From: a virus
Reading direction: 5' to 3' (one strand)
IMG/VR virus record: IMGVR_UViG_3300030035_000142
Span: 1-27,280 of that record
DNA length: 27,280 bases
Part shown: piece after piece, positions 17,037-23,376 of the stretch
Layout of the letters: each line of letters starts with the position of its first letter
How positions within the stretch are numbered: position 1 is the first letter of the stretch
Position numbers and translations under genes: made by a program
Notes under the pieces: model-generated
The model's database searches: none
Told to the model about the DNA's origin: nothing
What the model saw: only the letters and a program-made list of their open reading frames with translations

Positions 17037-17777
17037 TTAATCGGCGGAGGCCGTCGCGTCGATGCGGACGATGGCGCCGGGGTTGGTCAGCTTGGTCAGC
17101 GAGTAGACGCGGTTGGTGACGAGCGTCAAGGCCAGCGTCGGCTTGTATTCGGTGATGACTTCGCGGCGAAGCTGGCCGGAAAGACCGAAGGTTTTGACGG
17201 CGGAGGCGTCGAACTGCGTCGGGGAATCTTCCTTGTACAGGACATAGACTTCGTTTTCCATGATGGTTTTCGCGTCGCCGGAAGCGTCGCGGTACGGCAT
17301 GGAGGCGATGTAAATATCCCGGATGGGCCGGATCAGAGCCATGCGAAGCAGGTCTTCGTTGAACAGGCCGACGCTGTTGAAGGAAACCACCTGGCGCGCG
17401 AGCGTGTTGGAGCGAAGCAGCTGCCACGCGTTGATGCCGAAGACAATCGTGTTCGGCATGTGTCCGGTTGCGGCGTTGATGGACAGGATCGCCTGGTCCA
17501 GATCCGCCAACGGGTTTTTCTGCTGGTTGGCCCAGTCACCCATCCCGGAAGCGGCCGGAAGCTGGCTCATCAGAAGCTTGGCGCGTTCGTATTCGTACGA
17601 CGTCACAAACTGGGATTCGATGAGTTTGTATTCCGCCAGGGTGATGGCCTGCGCCTTTTCCCGGTTGACGCCCAGCAAGGCGTCAGGGATGGGCAGCGTC
17701 AAGCCGTAGCCCTGAAGGGTGTCGGTTTCGTTTCTTCCGCGCAGGACGGTCTGGCGGGGAGGTTCGCCCGGTCCCAC
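17037..17777 (-). CDS. Major capsid protein, lambda gpE-like (coordinates from the first canonical GTG; true N-terminus probably at AGG 17963)
   Basis: PLADLDQAILSINAATGHMPNTIVFGINAWQLLRSN parallels lambda gpE PTDDIEAYALNASGVVNIIVFDPKGWALFRSF. At 246 aa it is too short for this family. The frame is open for 72 more codons upstream, and these read like capsid N-terminus. Confidence 0.75.
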   Translation of the reverse strand: MGPGEPPRQTVLRGRNETDTLQGYGLTLPIPDALLGVNREKAQAITLAEYKLIESQFVTSYEYERAKLLMSQLPAASGMGDWANQQKNPLADLDQAILSINAATGHMPNTIVFGINAWQLLRSNTLARQVVSFNSVGLFNEDLLRMALIRPIRDIYIASMPYRDASGDAKTIMENEVYVLYKEDSPTQFDASAVKTFGLSGQLRREVITEYKPTLALTLVTNRVYSLTKLTNPGAIVRIDATASAD

Positions 17778-17997
17778 CTGGATGGGCTGGACGGTGAAGG
17801 CCGATTCCGTGTCCCAGACCTTGTACTGGAAATTCAGGTCATAGACCGGGACGATCGGAGCGATGCGGCTGATGATGGAGTTCTCTTCTGTGTTCCCGGA
17901 CCCCGCGGAATAGGAGGTCAGGACATCGGTGAACTGAACGGCGGAGCAAAATGGAGTAGCCCTTGTTCTTGGTCTTTCTGTTGGTTGGGGTTAATAG

Positions 17998-18429
17998 TTA
18001 GGCTGCGGCGACCTGGTAGGACGGGACGAAGCCGATTTCCACAAGGCCCTGTTCCCACTGGGCATGAATAACTCGGGCATAGACGGTGTCGCCGCTGACG
18101 GCGGCCTTCCATGTCCCGTTGGCCGTGATGGTGACGGGCGTTCCGGCGTTGATGGTTCCGGGCGTCTCGGATAGAGCCGCCTTGATCAGGCCGGCATACA
18201 TGCCGACGAGCGCGGCGACGCAGGTCCCCTTGTTGGGCTGTCCCTGCAGGACGACGCCGAGCAGCTGCGTCTGCGTAGGAATGGCGGACAATGGAGTCCC
18301 AACAAATTCGGGGATGTCAGGATTGGCGGTCAGCGCCACGACGGTTCCTTCCTGTCCGCACAGGTCAACGCCTTCCGGGGCGTTGAAATAGACGATGGCG
18401 CTTTTCTGTGTTACGTTGATTGATGGCAT
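17998..18429 (-). CDS. Head decoration / DUF2190-like protein
   Basis: 143 aa with an ATG start, beta-rich, located between the protease/scaffold and a gpE-like capsid gene, as in lambda D/E-type modules. The family call is from memory. Confidence 0.5.
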   Translation of the reverse strand: MPSINVTQKSAIVYFNAPEGVDLCGQEGTVVALTANPDIPEFVGTPLSAIPTQTQLLGVVLQGQPNKGTCVAALVGMYAGLIKAALSETPGTINAGTPVTITANGTWKAAVSGDTVYARVIHAQWEQGLVEIGFVPSYQVAAA

Positions 18430-18447
18430 TGGTTGATATAGGTTAAA

Positions 18448-19569
18448 TTATCGGTTGGCGGAGACGATGAAGCCTTCTTCGGTCGCTTTCTGGTAGGCGT
18501 CATAGCGCTTCATGCCGTCCTTGATCAGTTCGTTCACACGGTTGTTGAATCCTTCAATGGATTCCTTCTTGCGGAACGGATCAGGGGGATTCAGCGTCAC
18601 GCGGCGGTTCAGAGGCGTCCTTTGCGGAAGCTTCTTCTGCTCCGGCTGCTCCTGTTTCTGTGGGGCCGCCTGGCGGTTGAGCGCACGGATAAAGGCGTTC
18701 AGCGCGGCGGGGCTTTCCCGGAGAGAGTTTTTCAGCTCTTCCCGGCGTTCTTCCGTAAATTCCTCGCGTTCTTCCTCGTCCAGCGCGTTTTCGTACGTGC
18801 TGACGGCGTCGTCCACTTCGGCGTTCACGTGGTCTTTCTCGCGCTTTTCCAGCGAGAGCAGTTCATCAAGTCGTCCGAGGATCGCCCTGCTCATATCGTC
18901 GGTGCCGTCAAATTCGACATCCAGCTTGTCAAGCAGGGAATCGAACAGGGCCCGCTGGGCCTTGTCCATTTCCTTGGACGGATATTCTCTATCGTCGTTG
19001 TCCATATTGGTGTTCTGGGTTATTTCCCCCTCTTCGCGGGGCTTTTGTGGTTTGGTGTCGCCCCCGGCCTCGTCGGAGGCGGGGGAAGTCTGTCGGTTGA
19101 CCAGCGGCCGCTTTCCCTTGATGCGGGGTCGGTTGGTCAGGGCAAAGCCGGTCAGGCGCGACGGTCGGTAAACGCCGTCCGTAAAGGTCATGCCTTCGCC
19201 GTATTCCGTAGAAGATTGCGTATATTCTTTGTCCTCGAGCATCTTCAGGCCGCGGGGAGTCCATTCAATGAAGCCGTAGAGTTCCAGCGTACCGGAAGGG
19301 TCTCGGTAGGTGTCCAGCCTCTTGAGCCATCCGAGAGCCCGCGTATCGCGGGAAAGGTCGTGGCTCAGGTGGTCGCCGTCGATGAGCATGCCCGGCCCGT
19401 CAAAGGTGCGGGCGTTGAAGTCGTCCACCATGTCCCGGATCGCCTGCTCGTCGATGCGCAGCACGGCGGGTCCTTCACCGTAGTCGACGTCATGGTCTCC
19501 GCTTTTCTCGATGTGATACCAGCCGTTGGCGGGTCGGGACAGGTCATTGATTTGTTTCGTACTGATCAT
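18448..19569 (-). CDS. Mu gpI-like prohead protease / scaffold fusion
   Basis: The N-domain GDHLSHDLSRDTRALGWLKRLD...LELYGFIEWTPRGLKMLEDKEYTQSSTEY...RLTGFALTNRPRIKG matches the Mu-like prophage I protein pattern. The C-terminal half is an acidic coiled coil (scaffold-like). Confidence 0.7.
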   Translation of the reverse strand: MISTKQINDLSRPANGWYHIEKSGDHDVDYGEGPAVLRIDEQAIRDMVDDFNARTFDGPGMLIDGDHLSHDLSRDTRALGWLKRLDTYRDPSGTLELYGFIEWTPRGLKMLEDKEYTQSSTEYGEGMTFTDGVYRPSRLTGFALTNRPRIKGKRPLVNRQTSPASDEAGGDTKPQKPREEGEITQNTNMDNDDREYPSKEMDKAQRALFDSLLDKLDVEFDGTDDMSRAILGRLDELLSLEKREKDHVNAEVDDAVSTYENALDEEEREEFTEERREELKNSLRESPAALNAFIRALNRQAAPQKQEQPEQKKLPQRTPLNRRVTLNPPDPFRKKESIEGFNNRVNELIKDGMKRYDAYQKATEEGFIVSANR

Positions 19570-20680
19570 CGGTAAATCCTTTCATGAGTCCGGCGTAAAT
19601 CATTTGCTGAAGCTGCTCGTAGGCGTCGGGCGGAATGAGGGAGGCTCCCGACTCCCTGTTGACTGCCGCCGCCGTCGGCACAGGCTCCCTCGTGTCCTCG
19701 ATCGACATGCCGATCTTTTCTTCGATTTCGGTTTTCTCCGGACGGACGCCTCCGTCCGCAAGGGCGGCGATTTCCTCGGCCTTCTGCAATGGCGTCTGGA
19801 CGGTGTCAAAGGTGATGTGGAGGCGGGCCAGCGGTTCGCCGTCTCCCAATATAAGCGGGCTGATGGCGGTGTTGAACGCTTCCGCCACTTTGGAGCAGAC
19901 GGCGGATACCACCGCATTCCAGCTGTCCGTATGGGCGGACCCGGCCAGCGTGCCTGATCCTGATTCGTTCAGGACCGTCAGGGTTCCGGCCATCACAAAA
20001 CGCACCTGGTCCTTGTCGGCCATGTTGATGCGCGAGAGAAAATAGTTTTCGTTGATGTTGGACGCCTTGAGCGGTTCCGCCTTGCAGTCAGGAGGCAGCA
20101 CGATAGAGGCGCCTGATTTAAGCTGTTCGCAGGCCCGTTCCAGCGCGTCCATGACGGCGGGACTCGCGTCCTTGGGGGCGGTGATGATGACCGGGGCGCT
20201 TCCGTAGCGGTCCATGTGGTTGTCCCACGTGATTTTTGCGTGGTTGCGCTCAAAAGAAGCGCGGGCAGCCGGGAACAGGATGGGATACTGGTGTTCCATC
20301 ACGACGAGCGTTTCGTCTTCCACGCTTTCCCCGGTGTCGACGCCGATATAGCACTGTGGGTTGAACTGCCACTCGTTCAACACTCCCGGCCTCACCCAAT
20401 AGCGCTGTGGGATGAATTCAAAGCGGCGGCCCCAGGCGTCCTCAATGTATTGGAGGTGGGCGTAACCGTAGAACATGGCGGAGGCCAGCTGCCCAAAGGC
20501 CTGTTGAAGTCCGGTGACGGAGTGATAGAATTCTTCCAGCGCGTTCTGCTGACGCTGGGCTTCCGGGCTGTCGTCCGCGGCGTCAATCTTCCAGCCCTGC
20601 ATGGAGACGCTTTCAATGAGGCGGGAGTAGAGCATTCCCAGCAGCCCGTCCGAGTAGATGACCTCGTCCCAGATGAGCAT
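19544..20680 (-). CDS. Portal protein, Mu gp29 / DUF935-like (coordinates from the first ATG; true N-terminus probably at AGG 20908)
   Basis: 378 aa from the ATG is short for this family. The conserved block ...ADLQTLIDARNEARRGAFARQ|MLIWDEVIYSDGLLGMLYSRL spans the ATG. The frame is open upstream to within the tRNA gene and has no ATG/GTG/TTG. Confidence 0.8.
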   Translation of the reverse strand: MLIWDEVIYSDGLLGMLYSRLIESVSMQGWKIDAADDSPEAQRQQNALEEFYHSVTGLQQAFGQLASAMFYGYAHLQYIEDAWGRRFEFIPQRYWVRPGVLNEWQFNPQCYIGVDTGESVEDETLVVMEHQYPILFPAARASFERNHAKITWDNHMDRYGSAPVIITAPKDASPAVMDALERACEQLKSGASIVLPPDCKAEPLKASNINENYFLSRINMADKDQVRFVMAGTLTVLNESGSGTLAGSAHTDSWNAVVSAVCSKVAEAFNTAISPLILGDGEPLARLHITFDTVQTPLQKAEEIAALADGGVRPEKTEIEEKIGMSIEDTREPVPTAAAVNRESGASLIPPDAYEQLQQMIYAGLMKGFTDDQYETNQ

Positions 20681-20928
20681 TTGGCGGGCAAAGGCTCCCC
20701 GCCGCGCTTCGTTCCGGGCGTCAATCAGGGTTTGCAGGTCGGCTCCCTGTAACGGATCCCAATATTCGAACCATTGGGGCCTGCCTGGCTTGCGGCTTTG
20801 TTCCGTCAGGGCTCGCCGGGTGAGATCCGTTTCAAGTTCCTTGATTCTGGTCTCCTGTTGGGCGACCAGCTTCGGGGCGTTGAGGATATTTCTTAATGCG
20901 TTAAACCTGCGGCGAAAGAAAAAAATGG

Positions 20929-21002
20929 TGGTTGCAGGGGGGGGAATTGGACCCCCTACTCGGGCACAGGAAACCCGCGTGATAACGTTTCACCACCCTG
21001 CG
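20929..21002 (-). tRNA. tRNA, anticodon CCU (AGG-reading), with an initiator-like acceptor stem and a non-canonical D/T loop
   Basis: Manual cloverleaf: CGCAGGG UG GUGA-AACGUUA-UCAC G CGGGU-UUCCUGU-GCCCG AGUA GGGGG-UCCAAUU-CCCCC CCCUGCA A CCA. All stems pair (one U.G), U33 is present, position 37 is a purine and CCA is encoded. Position 1:72 is a C x A mismatch. Confidence 0.6.
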
Positions 21003-21018
21003 ATTGTTTACATATCGT

Positions 21019-21047
21019 CATATATTGATATATTGATATATTGTCAA
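21019..21047 (-). promoter_or_regulatory. Near-consensus sigma70-type promoter directly upstream of the tRNA
   Basis: The minus strand reads TTGACA (21047-21042), a 17-nt spacer, then TATATG (21024-21019), about 17 nt before tRNA position 1. It starts 2 nt after the terL stop codon. Confidence 0.4.
21021..21044. repeat. 3 x 8-nt tandem repeat TATATTGA / TATATTGA / TATATTGT
   Basis: Read directly from the + strand. It fills the spacer and -10 region of the putative tRNA promoter. Confidence 0.85.
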
Positions 21048-21049
21048 CC

Positions 21050-22357
21050 CTAATATCTCCCGTAAGCGCGTTTTGATGACACGGGCCGGGCGTACCAGGC
21101 TCCCAGCGTCCGGGCCAGTCCGCTGTGCCGGCGCGCGTGCCAGGCCATGACGAGGGCGTCGGCGCGGTCGGGAGAACGGACGCCCCGTTTCGCCATGTCT
21201 TCCTTGCTTTCGATTTTGACGCGGCCGATCGCGTCGGTTTGGAGCCGGGGCGCTACCAGCTGCTCAATCGTGTCCTCGTCAATGTCGAGGATGAGTTCCT
21301 TTTCTTCGATGGCTCGGGCCAGGGCCCGCCACGCCTGGGCGCGGAGGTTGACAAAGGCCTGCGTATCGTCTGCCGGGAAACCGCCCCGGTAGGAGTGCAC
21401 CGGGAAGCCCTCGGCGCGGAAGTCGTCAATGATGGGTAGTCCAAGGCCGTCTCCGTCCGCGTAAATGCGGTCGGCGGGGATGCCGAGTTCGGACGCCCTG
21501 CGGCGGAACCGTCCGCGCGCTCCTACGGTGTCCGGGTCCGACCAGTGGTCGGCGATGAAGAATCGGTTGCCCTGCCCGGCCGCGAAGACGTTTTCGTCGC
21601 CTCCGGCCGCGAAGTCGAAGCCGCCGCAGGTCTCCCCGGTGTCCAGAAAGGGAGGCGGGTTGTTGACCAGATCCATGAGGGCGCGCCGGGGAATGACGGA
21701 CTGACCGTCGAGGTCCGTGAATTCGCCGAGGATGGCGGAGCGGTAGAAGGAGGACTGCTCGCCGTATTCTTTTTTCAGGCGCTCGGCCTTGCCCGGGTCA
21801 TTGATCTCAATGTGGGGGCAATCCTCGTATTTGACGCGGATCTTGTAGTAGAGGGATGAATTTTTGTGGAAGCAGTCGTAGAAGGTGCCGGAATCGGCCC
21901 CAGGTGACGAGGTAATGAACGCGTGGAAGAGCGTGCAGCGGGAAACGGCGGTGAAGATGGAGTCCGGGATGGTTTTAGCCTCGTCGAGGACGTAAAAGAC
22001 GGGGTCCACGTCGGGCGAGATTTTCGGGTGCCATCCTTCCGCGCGGCCGGCGTTGTCGGTCGAGAAGCCCACGGCAAAGCCTCCCTCCGGCGTGCGAATC
22101 TCGGTTTTGTTGAATGTCCAGCCGTCAAAGAAAGGGTTGTCCATGTAGCGGCGGAGCGCGGGAAAGAGCTGCTTTTCCACCTGCATCCACGACGACGACG
22201 TAACCGGCACCTGACCCCGCGGGAAGCAGGTAAGGAAGTACAGGATGGCCGGAGCGATGCAGTTGCTCGTCTTGCCGGATCCGTTGGGAGCAACCAGAGC
22301 CACGCTTTTCCCTCCCAGGGTCAGCTTGCCGAGGGACAACGCCTTGATGGCTTCCAC
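21050..22357 (-). CDS. terL: Terminase large subunit (coordinates from the first canonical GTG; true N-terminus probably at AGG 22423)
   Basis: Walker A VAPNGSGKT, Walker B-like FYVLDEAK and a C-terminal nuclease-type acidic motif (SPDRADALVMA). The typical TerL N-terminal block FFLRHVLRLDPYPWQ lies upstream of the GTG. Confidence 0.9.
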   Translation of the reverse strand: MEAIKALSLGKLTLGGKSVALVAPNGSGKTSNCIAPAILYFLTCFPRGQVPVTSSSWMQVEKQLFPALRRYMDNPFFDGWTFNKTEIRTPEGGFAVGFSTDNAGRAEGWHPKISPDVDPVFYVLDEAKTIPDSIFTAVSRCTLFHAFITSSPGADSGTFYDCFHKNSSLYYKIRVKYEDCPHIEINDPGKAERLKKEYGEQSSFYRSAILGEFTDLDGQSVIPRRALMDLVNNPPPFLDTGETCGGFDFAAGGDENVFAAGQGNRFFIADHWSDPDTVGARGRFRRRASELGIPADRIYADGDGLGLPIIDDFRAEGFPVHSYRGGFPADDTQAFVNLRAQAWRALARAIEEKELILDIDEDTIEQLVAPRLQTDAIGRVKIESKEDMAKRGVRSPDRADALVMAWHARRHSGLARTLGAWYARPVSSKRAYGRY

Positions 22358-22429
22358 CTGCCAGGGATAGGGATCCAGGCGGAGGACATGGCGGAGGAAG
22401 AAGCTGACGGGGAGGCGTGTCCTGGTCTG

Positions 22430-22996
22430 TTAAGCGTGGAGTTTGCCGGCGATGGTTTCCAGCGCGGTTTTCTCGTCTTCCTGCAGCTGGGCCAGCTGCT
22501 CGGGGTCCAGGGTGATTTTCCGTTCCAGCGGCGCGCCGGGAACGCCGGCGACATCCTGACGGACCCGGTCGCCGAATTTTTCCGGCGCGAATCGGGCGGC
22601 GACTTTCAGCCGGGTTTCAATGGCGAGCTTCTTCGCGGCGACGGAGGCGGAGCCGCATTCCGGGTCCAAGGCGACTTTCGCGGCTTCGTCGGCCAGCTCC
22701 TGACAGGCGTCAATCATAGCTTCCGACTGCGCTTCCCGCGCGCGTTGAATGATTTTACAAAACTCTTCCCGCTCATGTCTCCATCTCCAGACAGTTAAAA
22801 CATCCGGCATGTGGTCATCGGAGCAGATGGATTTCATGGTTTCCCCGTTGGCAAGACGGGTGGCTATCTCGGCGGCCAGTTCCTCGGTGTAGAGGCTCGG
22901 CCGCCCCGGTTTTCTTTTGGTGGTAGGTTTCTTTTTCCTTCCGGGACGATAAGATTTTTTTAGTAGCGCGTCAAAACAAGATTTTTTCTCTTGCAT
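22430..22996 (-). CDS. terS: Terminase small subunit
   Basis: I start at ATG 22996 (MQEKKSCF...). GRPSLYTEELAAEIATRLANGETMKSICSDDHMPDVLTVWRWRHEREEFCKIIQRAREAQSEAM matches the widespread HTH-type TerS N-domain. The 270-aa long form is antisense to the neighbouring + gene and looks hydrophobic and junk-like. Confidence 0.7.
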   Translation of the reverse strand: MQEKKSCFDALLKKSYRPGRKKKPTTKRKPGRPSLYTEELAAEIATRLANGETMKSICSDDHMPDVLTVWRWRHEREEFCKIIQRAREAQSEAMIDACQELADEAAKVALDPECGSASVAAKKLAIETRLKVAARFAPEKFGDRVRQDVAGVPGAPLERKITLDPEQLAQLQEDEKTALETIAGKLHA

Positions 22997-23019
22997 CACT
23001 AAACATTGTTTAGTATATT
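22991..23019 (+). promoter_or_regulatory. Putative promoter of the plus-strand small-gene operon, with a palindromic operator in the spacer
   Basis: TTGCAT (22991-22996), a 17-nt spacer, then TATATT (23014-23019). The spacer contains the perfect 7-1-7 palindrome CTAAACA-T-TGTTTAG (22999-23013). The -10 overlaps a copy of the TATATTGA 8-mer seen at the tRNA promoter. Confidence 0.4.
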
Positions 23020-23089
23020 GATCTTGTTGATGGGAGGTAAGGGACCAACCGGAGACACAATCCAAAACCAAACCAGAAAGACTAAAACA

Positions 23090-23347
23090 ATGAACGCTGA
23101 TAAAACTTACAAAATCCGAGAAATATTCACCTTTCACCGCCATGAAATAGCTATTGCCGGAGAAGTGGTGAAAAACTATGACGAAGAAGGAAGAACCTAT
23201 AATTTTTATTGCCCGGTGCGGGAAGTCCACGGCGTAAGGCATGGATTTGTCAGCGGCAATGTTCCGGAAGAAGTAAAAGACTTTGTTGATGTGAGAGACA
23301 TCCTTGAAAAAGCGGAAGAATACGATGTGGTTGTAGATTGGGACTAA
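23090..23347 (+). CDS. Small acidic hypothetical protein (85 aa)
   Basis: I start at ATG 23090, preceded by the A-rich leader AACCAAACCAGAAAGACTAAAACA. The upstream TTG-initiated extension is hydrophobic and junk-like. AT-rich gene. Confidence 0.55.
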   Translation: MNADKTYKIREIFTFHRHEIAIAGEVVKNYDEEGRTYNFYCPVREVHGVRHGFVSGNVPEEVKDFVDVRDILEKAEEYDVVVDWD

Positions 23348-23376
23348 AATAAAACCAAATCAGAAAGAACAAGACA

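Noticed and set aside
4140-20925. The leaders of portal, fibre, tube and the tail gene show a pyrimidine tract followed by CAG|G, which looks like a eukaryotic 3' splice acceptor.
   Set aside because: There is no matching donor or branch element and no intron-like interruption of any ORF. The context is bacterial phage. The resemblance follows from a T-rich leader preceding C-AGG.
20929-21002. The tRNA as the phage attachment site or a host tRNA marking the prophage boundary.
   Set aside because: It lies between terL and portal, deep inside the late operon and about 20 kb from the integrase. It is co-oriented with the late genes and flanked by phage coding sequence on both sides.
130-22798. 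Many long ORFs lie antisense or off-frame to the called genes. Examples are 130-1017(-), 1983-3371(+), 3390-4031(+), 8042-8671(+), 13884-14780(+), 15487-16548(+), 16815-18071(+), 18622-19575(+), 20216-20752(+) and 21923-22798(+).
   Set aside because: They are Arg/Gly/Pro/His-rich with no motifs and are fully overlapped by ORFs that have recognisable phage functions. Such shadow ORFs are expected in GC-rich DNA, where stop codons are rare.
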